From an uncultured Verrucomicrobiae bacterium (GTDB lineage: Bacteria; Verrucomicrobiota; Verrucomicrobiia; Chthoniobacterales; UBA10450), in contig CAVWPA010000001.1 in the NCBI GenBank assembly GCA_963756875.1, positions 128,001 to 192,000 of the forward strand: 64,000 nucleotides of DNA, written 5' to 3'. Positions 28,721 through 38,854 of this stretch are shown piece after piece. The notes below the pieces were generated by a model. It saw nothing but the letters and a program-made list of their open reading frames with translations. It did not search any database and was not told the origin of the DNA. The translations under genes were made by a program, and so were the position numbers. Every line of letters begins with the position of its first letter. The first letter of the stretch is position 1.

Positions 28721-29020
28721 ATGAAATTAAGAACCCTATTCAGCGCAGTGGCAGCCTTAAGTCTTGCTCTTAACAGCCTGGCTTTGGCAGCCGGTCCGAA
28801 AACGTATCAAGTGACAGGGCCAGTCCTCGAGATGACTGACACGATGATCACCGTTCAGAAGGGGAAAGACCGATGGGAGATTGCACGCGATTCGGCTACA
28901 AAAGTCACCGGCGACCTGAAAGTCGGCGCGAAAGTGACCATCACCTACACCATGACAGCGACGGATGTGCAGGTGAAAGCCGAGAAAGCCGCGAAAGCCG
29001 CGGGCGCCAAGAAAAAATAG
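28721..29020 (+). CDS. small secreted beta-barrel protein
   Basis: Signal peptide ending ALA; beta-strand-rich body; Lys/Ala tail. Confidence 0.75.
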   Translation: MKLRTLFSAVAALSLALNSLALAAGPKTYQVTGPVLEMTDTMITVQKGKDRWEIARDSATKVTGDLKVGAKVTITYTMTATDVQVKAEKAAKAAGAKKK

Positions 29021-29071
29021 GCCCGGGCAAAGATCAGTTTCCCGATCGTTTGAGACGGGAGGGAATCGAAA

Positions 29072-29102
29072 CCCGCGGTGGGCTTCGCCACCGCGGGATT
29101 TT
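29072..29102. terminator. intrinsic terminator between convergent genes
   Basis: CCCGCGGTGG-GCTTCG-CCACCGCGGG followed by ATTTT. Confidence 0.7.
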
Positions 29103-29122
29103 GATTGCTTACAGCCGAAGGA

Positions 29123-29629
29123 TTACGGCTTGGCCGAAGCGGATGCTGCGGGAGAGGCTGCCGCGGCTTTCTCCTTCTTTGCGGCTCGCTTTTCCTTGCG
29201 AGCTTCTGCCGCGGCTTTCTCCTCTTCGGTCAACGGCCCGAGTTTCACAGTCCGGGCTTCCAGCGTGCCGTCGGCGTGCTTCCAGTAGGAGCCGCGCGCT
29301 TCCTCGTTTGCGACAACGTCTTTTATCGTTGCGGAATTGCCCGCTTTGGTGAGGACGGTTTTGTCTGTGATCATGAAGACGCGCGACTTCTCCTTGCCGG
29401 CGATGGTGAATGTCTTGGCCTTTGCGTCAACGGCTGAGATCATTCCATGGAAAGGAATGGCTCGCTGCGGTTTTGCCGTTGCCGACGCCGTCGCGCTGGC
29501 GGCCGGCGAAGCACTTGCCCCGGAAGAAGGCGAAGCGGTCTTCTTCGCGCGGGCCGAAGCGGTGAGCGGCAGATTAATCGCAAGCAGTGCGATGACGGCG
29601 AAACTGACAAGTGGTGCTTTGTATTTCAT
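29123..29629 (-). CDS. secreted protein with Ala/Ser/Pro linkers and a small beta domain
   Basis: Signal peptide; FHGMISAVD...FTIAG domain; low-complexity ends. Confidence 0.72.
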   Translation of the reverse strand: MKYKAPLVSFAVIALLAINLPLTASARAKKTASPSSGASASPAASATASATAKPQRAIPFHGMISAVDAKAKTFTIAGKEKSRVFMITDKTVLTKAGNSATIKDVVANEEARGSYWKHADGTLEARTVKLGPLTEEEKAAAEARKEKRAAKKEKAAAASPAASASAKP

Positions 29630-29795
29630 AGTTTTTATTTTTACGGGATTCGTTATCGAGTCCGCCGATATTGACGAGGGCGGACCAGATTCTCTTCAAC
29701 CGATTTAATCGTTTGGCCCAAAGGATGACAATCGCCTTTTTGGCGAAACGCCGGAGACCCGGGCCTCATGCTTGCATTCGGTTCTTTGCCGTGCC

Positions 29796-29913
29796 TGCCG
29801 GGTCGAAGCTCGACACGTTCGTTTGGCAGGGTGAAAGATCCCCCTTCGTCCCGCAGGCGCGGGACTACGGCGCGACAGCCCCGAAAGCCTTCGGGGCTCA
29901 AGGTAAGGGGATT
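29796..29913. repeat. degenerate copy of the tRNA-Ala 3' end and its downstream spacer
   Basis: Matches 30212-30335 (TGCCG.GTCGAAGCTCG...GTTCGTTTGGCA.GGTGAAAGA ... CGGCGCGACAG ... AGGTAAGGGGATT). Confidence 0.75.
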
Positions 29914-29954
29914 ACGCTCCCGCTAGTGCATCCAATAGTGAAGCCCGCTATGAG

Positions 29955-30200
29955 TCAAAGATGCTTCTTTATGAAGACCCGTCCCGAGGACGACTTCAGA
30001 TAAGCTTCCAAACGCTTTGCGCGGTCCACATTAGAGAATGCAATGTACGTTTTGATCTTCCACGGTTTCCACTTTGATGTGTGGCGGATTTCTCCACTGT
30101 TATGGCGAGCAAATCGTTTACGGAGATTACCTGTGCAGCCCGTATAAAATCGCGCGGGATCGATTTCGCTCTGCAAAATGTACGCGTATGTGAACTTCAT
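29955..30200 (-). CDS. small GIY-YIG nuclease-family protein
   Basis: YAYILQS...FYTGCT.NL.KR...HNSG...TSKWKPW...EAYLKS; 81 aa. Confidence 0.88.
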   Translation of the reverse strand: MKFTYAYILQSEIDPARFYTGCTGNLRKRFARHNSGEIRHTSKWKPWKIKTYIAFSNVDRAKRLEAYLKSSSGRVFIKKHL

Positions 30201-30319
30201 ACTGGCTGGCATGCCGAGTCGAAGCTCGCCGCGTTCGTTTGGCAAGGTGAAAGACGTCCGCCTTCGCTATGGCTTCGGCGCGACAGTCTACGCTCTCCGC
30301 CACCGCTGCGAGCGTAGAC

Positions 30320-30392
30320 TGGAGGTAAGGGGATTCGAACCCCTGGCCTTCTCATTGCGAACGAGACGCTCTACCAGCTGAGCTATACCCCC
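30320..30392 (-). tRNA. tRNA-Ala (anticodon CGC)
   Basis: GGGGGTATAGCTCAGCTGGTAGAGCGTCTCGTTCGCAATGAGAAGGCCAGGGGTTCGAATCCCCTTACCTCCA folds as a cloverleaf; CCA not encoded. Confidence 0.96.
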
Positions 30393-30607
30393 GAAATCTT
30401 TCAACTGCCGAGACTTAACGCGTGAAATCAGCTTGGTCAAAAACCTGCCACCCCACCCGTTTTGCCCCCCCCGATGATTTTCCGTCAGTCCACTCCTGTC
30501 CAGAAAGTCAGGGTCGAACATTGTGAGAATCGGTTCATACTTCATCTCAAAACGCTCAACTGCGAGGGAAAAGTATCAAGGTGGAGCGGGATTTTACAAG
30601 TGAGAAG
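30355..30607. repeat. ~250-bp direct repeat, copy 1 (tRNA anticodon loop, 5' half, promoter, att-like arm)
   Basis: Near-identical to 38514-38766. Confidence 0.92.
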
Positions 30608-30695
30608 GGTCGGGTAGAGCATTTTCGTATTGCGATCTTGCTTTACGGTCATGAAAATTATCGCGATGCGCGCATTTGGAGCAATGAGCAAACGC

Positions 30696-31409
30696 TCAAA
30701 GTCGGAAGACAGAGTGTTTGTACTTCAAAAGGTTCAACCGGCTCTGCTCGGGCTGCCGGGTCCTCTCAATTTTGATGCGACGCTCATGGTCTTCGCGCCG
30801 TTTTTGTTCCTCCTCATATTGGCGGTGCCATTCCTCGTGCTCTAGCCGGCGCACTTTGAGTGCGGCTGAGGCTGCCGCCACTCCGTCCAGAAATTCCGCG
30901 AGAACGTCCTCCAAGCGCTACCTCTTTCCATCAGACCACGAGCGGCGCATCCCGCTAGGGAGCCAATCGGTGATTTGCAAGGTGAGCCTCCCACTGTCTT
31001 CGTATTTGAACTTCGGTTTCCAATACGACCATGCTTTTTCCTCTTTTGTGGATGGCAGCTCAATCCGATCCGTTTGCTCCACCATTGAAAAGCTCACTGG
31101 ATCATCTGCGATCTTGATACGGGATCCCTGTTTTTCGTTCTTCCCCTCGACCGCCCACCCGGCCTTTTCAGCTGCCCGAATAATGGCCTCCAAGAGTCGC
31201 AATGCTCGTGGCAGTGCGCTTTTGCTCACGCGCAGATTAAGAATCCCCAATATTGGTTCCGGTGCCGAATAGGGTTCCGTCAGTTTAGGCCGATAAAATT
31301 GTGCCTGGCGCGTTTTGGTTATGATCGGGTGGCAGCCGTGTAGGTCTTCCGGGATTTGAATGTCGTAGTCCATCCCGTCATCCTGAACCAGCGCGGAGAG
31401 TGGAGACAA
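30696..31409 (-). pseudogene. hypothetical island protein interrupted by an in-frame TAG at 30918-30920
   Basis: ORFs 30918-31409 and 30696-30914 are in one frame: ...WSDGKR*RLEDVLAEFL... Confidence 0.65.
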
Positions 31410-31469
31410 GGGCCGTTGCTGGCTCAGAGTTCGGGCGGGTAACAGGGAGGGAGCAGGATCGGCACGCCA

Positions 31470-32264
31470 ATGGCTCTACAGAGACGAGACATGGCCAAAG
31501 TATTCGGCGAAGCAGGTCGCAACGCGGCGGAGCAGTTTCACCTACGCACGAAGCGATTGCTTATTGCCGGATTTACCGGGATCGCAGCTCTCGCTCTTAT
31601 CGGCGGATACGCTATTGGCGCAGCATTCCCGATCCGGGGCTTTCCGCTCACGTGGGTTTTGCTAATCAGCGTCTTAATGGCCGTTCTTATTTGGCTCATC
31701 GGAAAGTGGGCGAGCGACAAGATTGACACGATTGATCGAGAACGAATGGCGTGGCGCAAAGGCGTGATCGGTGAGGCCCTCGTGGCGTTAACGCTTCAAG
31801 AATTGTCAGACAATTTCGTTGTCGTGAACGATGTTTCGAAGCGATTCGCAAATATTGACCATGTAGTGATCGGTCCTACCGGCGTTTACGTGGTGGACGC
31901 GAAGTATTGGAGAGGAACAGTTGAGGCTAACGGACAGGGGGACCTTATGCTCAACGGGCAGGCTTTAGACAAGCCGGCGGTCAAGAGTTTGCTCGGCTCA
32001 GTCATGGATTTTCAATCCAAATTGAAGGCACTCACTGACACGGATCATTTCGTGCGGGGATTGATGGTTTTTCCCAACGCGTACGTGGAAGCAAACTTCG
32101 GCTCCACCAGAGAAATCCATTGTCTTCGCTCCGAGCGGCTGATCGATTATCTTAGCAATGAAAAGTTCCGGCAGAAACTCTCATCTGGCGAAGTAGAGCG
32201 AATCCGGAGAGCGACGCTGCAGTTGGCCGGGATGGACGAGCGCTTCATGGCCTCGCAAAGCTGA
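31470..32264 (+). CDS. membrane-anchored NERD (nuclease-related domain) protein
   Basis: Two TM helices, then G.IGE...NIDHVVIGPTGVYVVDAK.W. Confidence 0.88.
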   Translation: MALQRRDMAKVFGEAGRNAAEQFHLRTKRLLIAGFTGIAALALIGGYAIGAAFPIRGFPLTWVLLISVLMAVLIWLIGKWASDKIDTIDRERMAWRKGVIGEALVALTLQELSDNFVVVNDVSKRFANIDHVVIGPTGVYVVDAKYWRGTVEANGQGDLMLNGQALDKPAVKSLLGSVMDFQSKLKALTDTDHFVRGLMVFPNAYVEANFGSTREIHCLRSERLIDYLSNEKFRQKLSSGEVERIRRATLQLAGMDERFMASQS

Positions 32265-32514
32265 AAGCTGCCCCGGCGCTCAAGACTAGGCCTTTTCCGC
32301 GTCGCGAGCGCCTCGGCTGGGTCTCGACCTGGCCTAATCAGCTGATGGAAAGGCACCTCTCCGGCGGCCGGATCTGATGAAGTTTTTAATGTCAATTACC
32401 TCCCGCACCCGATCCAGAACCGCCGAAAAGGTGATTCATAAATAGCGTATCAGTTCAAACTCGTTAGGCCACTCGCTCTGGTAGATCCTCGATTTACAAG
32501 TGTGATCGGATTCT

Positions 32515-32548
32515 TTGACACGCACCGAGAATACGCTACTTAGCGTAT
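32515..32548 (+). promoter_or_regulatory. TTGACA -35 box plus operator palindrome at the XRE gene start (probably leaderless)
   Basis: TTGACA at 32515; ATACGCTA-CT-TAGCGTAT at 32531-32548 abuts the ATG. Confidence 0.65.
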
Positions 32549-32881
32549 ATGCCAGATGACGTTCTCAGCTTTGGTCGGCGGATCGCAAATCAGCGAAAGG
32601 AATTAGGACTTAGTCTGCAAGAAGTCGCAGACCAAGTTAAAAAAGAAGATGGGGAGACGATATCTCCGCAATACCTTAACGATATTGAACATGACCGGCG
32701 ACAGCCTGATTCGAATCACTTGATCCAACAGTTGGCGTCGGCGCTCAAGCTCCCGCCGGAAGTGCTTTATTACGAAGCAGGAAAACTCGGGGACTCCACA
32801 CGGGTTCGGAGAGTAAGCGAAGAGAAAATCGTTGCGGCATACAAGGCATTCCGCCGCGAATTGAAAGGTCTAGGCAAATGA
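32549..32881 (+). CDS. XRE-family helix-turn-helix regulator
   Basis: FGRRI...RKELGLSLQEVA...ISPQYLNDIEHDRRQP. Confidence 0.9.
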   Translation: MPDDVLSFGRRIANQRKELGLSLQEVADQVKKEDGETISPQYLNDIEHDRRQPDSNHLIQQLASALKLPPEVLYYEAGKLGDSTRVRRVSEEKIVAAYKAFRRELKGLGK

Positions 32882-33590
32882 AGTACGTGCCCGATCGCAC
32901 TGGCCGATTCCCCAAGCGCCCGCACTACGAACCAGCTGAACTAGACCAAGAATGTGAGCACATCATCACTGATTTCCTGCGCGATCGTTGCGGTGGTTTT
33001 CGGTTGCCGATACCGACCGAAGCGTTGACAAAGCTCATCGAGAAAGATGCCGAAGACCTTGATCTATTCGCAGACCTATCTGGAGAAGGTAGCGATGTCG
33101 AGGGGGTGACGGACTTCGTCGCTAAATGCAAACCGCGTGTGCGGATTTCCGGCACTCTGTCAGCCCAGCGTAGTGAGAACCGTCTCCGGACCACTCTGGC
33201 GCACGAGTGCCAGGTCACGTGAAGTTCCACGATTTTCTGTGGCAGGTTGAGGTAACAAATCAAAGACTTCATCCGCAGTTCGCACGCGGGACTTCGCCTA
33301 AGTGTCACCGGGGGCGAATCCTTGATGCGCCGTACTCCGATTGGATGGAGTGGCAGGCGGGATACATATCAGGGGGCTTGCTGATGCCGGCCACTGCGAT
33401 TCGGGAAATTACCGGGACGTTCTTGGAAACTCATAAACTTTTCGTTCCCGTGCCGTCGACGGCGAATGAAGCTGGGCAGCTTGTAAATTTGATTCATACC
33501 GCTTTTGCTGTTTCCCTCGAGGCTGCCCGTGTTCGTTTGTTGAAGCTCAAACTGTTAAGCTCCGTCGATCTGGGACCGCAACTGTTCTGA
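32878..33590 (+). pseudogene. ImmA/IrrE-family zinc metallopeptidase, frameshifted at the HExxH motif (~33210)
   Basis: RLRTTLAHEC | GHVKFH ... MEWQA....GLLMP ... FAVS.EAARVRL across two frames; ATGA-coupled to the XRE gene. Confidence 0.82.
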
Positions 33591-33687
33591 TTTTATTTTT
33601 CTTGCGTTTACGTCAATCCGCGGATACGCTTAATGACGGATGCGGATGAACCGCGTTCAATCAATAAAATACGTGAGCAAACAGTAT

Positions 33688-33990
33688 ATGAAAGAATACC
33701 AAGTAACGTGCGTAACGAAGCCGGATCGCTTTAGCAGGCACGAGCATATCACGCATATCGGCAATGTCGCCGATAAGTGGAAGATCACACGCGAGCTGAC
33801 CGTCGAGAAAATCGAATCCAAGCAGGAGGCCTTTTTCACCGTAGATCGCACTACGGGGCGAAAGATGTACGTGGGCGTCGTCCGCGAAGCAGGCCGACTG
33901 CCTTATCTCCGCACACACGCTGACGGAAAATGGAACGATAACTTGCTGGCCCAAGCAGAATGCAACGGGTCGTGCAAATTGATTGGCTAA
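33688..33990 (+). CDS. DUF3892-like small protein
   Basis: YQVTCV.K...HEHITHIG ... YLRTHADG...DNLL...EC. Confidence 0.75.
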   Translation: MKEYQVTCVTKPDRFSRHEHITHIGNVADKWKITRELTVEKIESKQEAFFTVDRTTGRKMYVGVVREAGRLPYLRTHADGKWNDNLLAQAECNGSCKLIG

Positions 33991-34049
33991 TTAGGATTGG
34001 GGTGGCGAACAAATAATTGCCGCCCCAAATTCCCTGACACGAGGAACGT

Positions 34050-35446
34050 ATGAATATCATAATTTATTCGGACGGCACTGGTCAGCGGGGAGGGCTATTG
34101 TTCGACGAGCGACGCAGCAACATCTACAAGCTGTTTCGGGCAACACGTTGTGGCCCGGATTCGTCTATCAATCCTGCCGAACAATTAACCTTTTACGATC
34201 CTGGCCTAGGCACCGTGCCGCCAGGCCACGGCGGCTCTGGCATCATTGCAGCCCTGTGGCGTTCATTCTACAATCGCGTTAGTCAAGCCACGGGCCTCGG
34301 CATCACGCGCAACATCGTCGACTGCTATGCGGCCACTGTCCAACTTTGGCATCCCGGCGACCGTATCTTTTTGTTCGGCTTCAGTCGAGGTGCTTACACG
34401 GTGCGGCGCTTAAGTGCGGTACTGGCGATGTGCGGCGTTCCCACTCAAGATAAAGGAGCCAGGTCGCTTCGCCGCGATGAAAATACGGCAAAGCGAATCG
34501 CGGTGGAGGGCGTCAAAAAGGTCTATCAACACACTGAGTCAAGAAAGACGTTTGCCACGACTCGGCAAAAAGAGCTGCACGCGCAGCGCGAAGAATTGGC
34601 CCGGCGTTTTCGCGGACGGTACGCGTCAGCTGATCCGACCGACGCAAGCAAAGCGAACGTCTACCCGTATTTCATCGGCGTTTTCGACACCGTGGCTTCG
34701 TTGGCGAACCCGGTTGTAGCAACGTCGACGTTTCTTGTGGCAGTCTTGGCTCTCGCACTTCTTAGCTGCATCCTCGGCTGGTTTGTTTTCCACTTCGGCT
34801 TCTGGTTGTCGTTCGGCGCTGTCACGGCCATTGCTATTTTGATCGCGGCTCTGGCTTTAGTGAAAAGCTTGGTACGGTTCGAATTCGGTCTGCCGATAAA
34901 CAAGAATTGGCGTCCCTTCCATTTCACGGAGGTGCATATCGAGCAATACGAGACGGACCTCAGCACCGAGGTAACATATGCAAGGCATGCGATGTCGATC
35001 GACGAGCGTCGGAAATCGTTTTCGAGGGTGGGATGGGGCGGCTCCGATTCTGACAAGAAGACGCAGGAGGGATGGTTTGAACAACTATGGTTTGCGGGTA
35101 ACCATTCCGATGTTGGCGGTAGCTATTCGGAAAACGAATCCCGGCTATCGGATATCTCTCTCCAGTGGATGCTGGAAGCAGCTGTCAAAGCCGGCCTGAA
35201 ATACGATCCTTCCGTTCTCAAGCTGTTTCCAGACCCGTTTGGTCCTCAGCACGATGAAACCGAAGTAGTTTGTTTCGCTTGGCCCCGAAGTTAACGAGGG
35301 CGATTCCGCACGATGCACCGCTTCACCCTTCCGTCCTTGAGCGTTTCCAGGCCGCCGAAGTACTCGATTACGATACCGTTAGGCGGTACCGACCCGAGAA
35401 TCTTCGCAACCACGATGCGGTAAAGCAGTATTTTGTCGCTGAGTAG
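34050..35446 (+). CDS. DUF2235 (Tle1-like) alpha/beta hydrolase with an internal TM hairpin; frameshift near the C-terminus
   Basis: DGT, SNIYKL, FGFSRGAYT, GVFDTV, ARHA.SIDERR, WFAG.HSDVGG; HPSVLERF..YRPENL continues in another frame to TAG at 35446. Confidence 0.85.
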
Positions 35447-35552
35447 CTGAGTCGCGGCACCGATGTGTTTCGCGCCGTTAGAGCGCGATGATTCTTCTTG
35501 GTAAGAACGCGGCAATCACATAAACAAGGGCGGAGACGAAACCGTCACTTTT

Positions 35553-37170
35553 ATGCGGAACTGTTTGAAACGAGTCAGACTTGGGGCTGTCTATCCCATA
35601 TTCCTTTTGCTGGGTGGCTGTGGAAATGACACAGCCAGCACCGGGTCAACGCATTATCCTGATCAAAAACTAAAGGCACCGAACCATCTTGACCAAGGAG
35701 TGGTCTTGGCCTGGAATCGTGAATCACCGCCAGCCGACGATAAAGTCAATACAGTTTCCGTTGGTCAGACGTTAGTTGTTCGTGTCCGGAACTTGGATGG
35801 CTGGCTGGTCGATAAACTCAAGGATGGCCGATTGACAGGCGAGCCGGCTATGACACCGGAAGAACGATTTAATTACTTCGTTCTGCAAAAGTTGCGTGGC
35901 AGCGAGAAGGTTGATGATTTTCTCACAAGATATGAAGCGGCTGAGGCATTAGAAACACGACCGTCTTCGACCGTCTCGCCGCTCCCCTCGAATACGAACC
36001 CGGCGCCTAGCAAAATCCCTTCACCACTTCCGCCACTGCCCCCAGGTGTGACGGTAAAACAGCTGCGTGATGCGAGGATTCTTCGAAGCCCTACTTAGCC
36101 ACGTGAAGCGCCAGTTATTTTTGATAATCAACAACAGCCATTCATCAGATCAAAGCTGAAAATCCTGACGCCGGCGTAGTGACGGCAGAGTGAAGGCGAA
36201 GCCAGGCGATACCGTCCAGGAGTTTGATTTTCGGATACGACGTAGGCCAGGCGACGAAGATGCCTGGAACAATCTCTATGATGGAACGCGGGCGATTCAT
36301 GATGTGCGGGTAAGTCTTGGCATTGAACTGGACCAAAGAACATTCGTGCTCGATACGGCTGTGTACCTCAGGCCGACGCCAAGGTTCAACGAATGAAGCT
36401 TGAGCTTTTCAGTATGCATGGCTCTGGGGAACTCTCGCTGTCCTTGCGATTCTGCTCGTCGGCGGTTTTTGGCTTGCTTTGCGCACACCTTTGCTGCGCG
36501 ACATGGATATGCCAATGCGCGCTGATGGGTGGCCCCAATTCAGTCTTTCGCGGGCTCAACTCGCCTTTTGGACTGTACCTCGTGGTTGGAGCTTTTCTCA
36601 TAATCTGGCTTGTCACTGATCGTCAGACACCTTAAACCCCACTGTTCTCGCACTCCTGGGAATTAGCTGTGCGACCACGCTGGCTTCAAAGATGGCAAAC
36701 TTCACACTGGACGGGGGAACGACCGTGTCCGAACTGGCGAGAGCGGCCAGGCGTACTAAGCCGGTAAGCCAAGTACGGCAGGAACTTGCAACGGAGTTGA
36801 CGAACCTTGAACAGCTGGCCGCAACCCCTGCAAGCGAGGATGCCCAAAACAAACCAAATGTCCTCGCCGCCAAGATTCAGCAACTGCGGGATGATCTGGA
36901 CTACTTGAAGCACAGCCGGGTGACTAGATTTTTCATCGATCTCCTGGGAGAAACGGGACGGTAACATTGCACCGACTCCAGATTGTCGTGTGGACACTCG
37001 TTCTAGGGTTCGTATTTATTTCGAGGGTGTTGCGAGACCTGTCGATGCCGGTATTCAGCGATACTCTTCTCGGTCTTATGGGTCTAAGTTCGGCGACCTA
37101 CGTAGCACTCAAAGTTCCGGAATTGAAGAAGACGCAAGGACGGATTGATTCCATAGCCAAGGCTTCCTAG
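35553..37170 (+). pseudogene. lipoprotein/membrane protein split over several frames
   Basis: LGGC lipobox at the start; consecutive + fragments end in HRLQIVVWTLVLGFVF...TLLGLMGLSSATY. Confidence 0.6.
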
Positions 37171-37312
37171 TAACGGGGGACCATAGCAGAGGGCGCGATC
37201 TGACTTCGAACGTCCACCCGTTGCCCCCCTGGCGCTGGAAAATCACCTAGTCCCCCAGGTCGTGCAGAGGGGCGCTATTGACGGGTTAATGGATCGGGCG
37301 ACGAATACATCC

Positions 37313-38336
37313 ATGACAACTGCAACTCCTTGGCCTATTTGCTTCATTGCTAGCGCACTGGGCAAAAGAGAAGTCGATCAGATTTACGATAAGGGAATTC
37401 GCCCCGTGCTACGAAAGCTTCGCATCAGACCGGTGCGAGTCGACCGCATCGAGCACAACGATGACATCGACGACAAAATTCTGGCCCTGAATACAACGCT
37501 GCGAACTCTGTATCGCTGACCTCACCTTCGCACGCCCATCGGTTTATTATGAAGCCGGCATGGTTCACGGCCTTAGCAGGCCTGTTGTTTTCATCGCTCG
37601 GTCCGATCACTTCCGAGACAAGGACATCGATCCGCACGGGAACTTGCGGGTTCACTTTGATTTGCAGATGAAGAATGTCATTTCTTGGACCGGACCTAAT
37701 GCGGCATTTCGTAGCCGACTTCAGGGGCGGCTGAGAAAAGTGATTCAGCCTGTCCTGTTAAACCGAAGAAGGGAAGACGCTCTTTTGGAGCAGCGCGCTG
37801 CTTTTAAAACAATGCCCGTATTTCACCAGCTAGCGCTGATTCGCAGAATGACCGTGCAACTGCTACCAAGTCGAGGTTTCGGGGCCCTACGCCAGCGCGT
37901 CCATCGCGAGATGTCGAGCGTGTCCGAAACTGCACTGCGATGCATGAAAAGGAGTGCGACGGCCTCCGAAGATACAATCGAAATGTACGCTTTCGATCGT
38001 CTTACCAGCTCGCATTTAAACGAATGGTGGCGCTGGTCAATTCTGGGACGGTCGACAGATGATCCGACAAAGCACCATTACATCGTTTACCTAGCCATCA
38101 GTCTGAGGCGGGTCTCCGAAGCGACGTTTCGTTCCGCGCTTCCGCTCTTCAGACCGGTTGCCCCGTATCTTTTAACGCGCACCGAGCCGTCTGACCTTAC
38201 TGGCGGGGTGCCGCACACGATCTTTTTCTCATTGATTCAAAACGTTATGTCGATAGAAGAGCTCAGACAAAATCTTCGAGACCTTCTGGGGTGGCTTGAT
38301 AAGAATAAGTTGAGCTATCGCCCTCAAAGTGCCTAA
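37313..38336 (+). pseudogene. nucleoside 2-deoxyribosyltransferase-like domain protein, frameshifted near 37490
   Basis: CFIA...IRPV...RVDRIEHNDDIDDKI | CIADLT.ARPSVYYEAG..HGL.RPVV...VHFDL. Confidence 0.7.
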
Positions 38337-38513
38337 GTTTCAAGGATAGGGTCCACCCGTTTTGCCCCCCTGGCGCTGGAAATTCGGTCTACTCCTGTCC
38401 AGAACTGTCCACACGACTGTGCGGAGTTAATTCAATCGGAATTCTTTTAGCGTCCGTACCTGTCCTGATCTGTCCACCACGGGCCTAACGAGTCACAAAA
38501 TCGCCAAAAATCT

Positions 38514-38551
38514 TTGCGAACGAGACGCTCTACCAGCTGAGCTATACCCCC
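38514..38551 (-). pseudogene. tRNA-Ala 5' half fragment ending at the anticodon loop
   Basis: Identical to 30355-30392; no T-arm or 3' acceptor strand follows. Confidence 0.9.
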
Positions 38552-38766
38552 GAAATCTTTCAACTGCCGAGACTTAACGCGTGAAATCAGCTTGGTCAAA
38601 AACCTGCCACCCCACCCGTTTTGCCCCCCCCGATGATTTTCCGTCAGTCCACTCCTGTCCAGAAAGTCAGGGTCGAACGTTGTGAGAATCGGTTCATTCT
38701 TCAACTCAAAACGCCCAACTGCGAGGGAAAAGTATCAAGGTAGAGCGGGATTTTTCAAGCGAGAAG
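38514..38766. repeat. ~250-bp direct repeat, copy 2
   Basis: Near-identical to 30355-30607. Confidence 0.92.
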
Positions 38767-38854
38767 GTCTGGGTCACTCGGGTTCGGATTAGGGCCGATT
38801 GTTTTGGCTTTCCGACCGAGGCTGAATAAAGTCCCTGCAGCAGGTAGAATCCAT

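Larger units (their letters stand above)
30355..38520. mobile_element. genomic island at tRNA-Ala, bounded at the 7-nt anticodon loop; no integrase recognised
   Basis: Direct-repeat boundaries at TTGCGAA (30355-30361 and 38514-38520); accessory/defence-type cargo. Confidence 0.75.

Noticed and set aside
30288..30545. Duplicated 85-aa ORFs (also 38447-38704)
   Set aside because: They are translations of the tRNA-Ala gene and its duplicated upstream DNA.
30918..30920. Recoded TAG (pyrrolysine or readthrough)
   Set aside because: A single nonsense change in a decayed island gene is simpler, and TAG is a normal stop in many genes here.
33200..33222. Programmed frameshift in the ImmA/IrrE gene
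   Set aside because: No slippery sequence; the break falls inside HExxH and neighbouring genes have similar indels.
34050..35446. T6SS Tle1 effector locus
   Set aside because: No vgrG, PAAR or other T6SS gene in the window; only the fold is shared.
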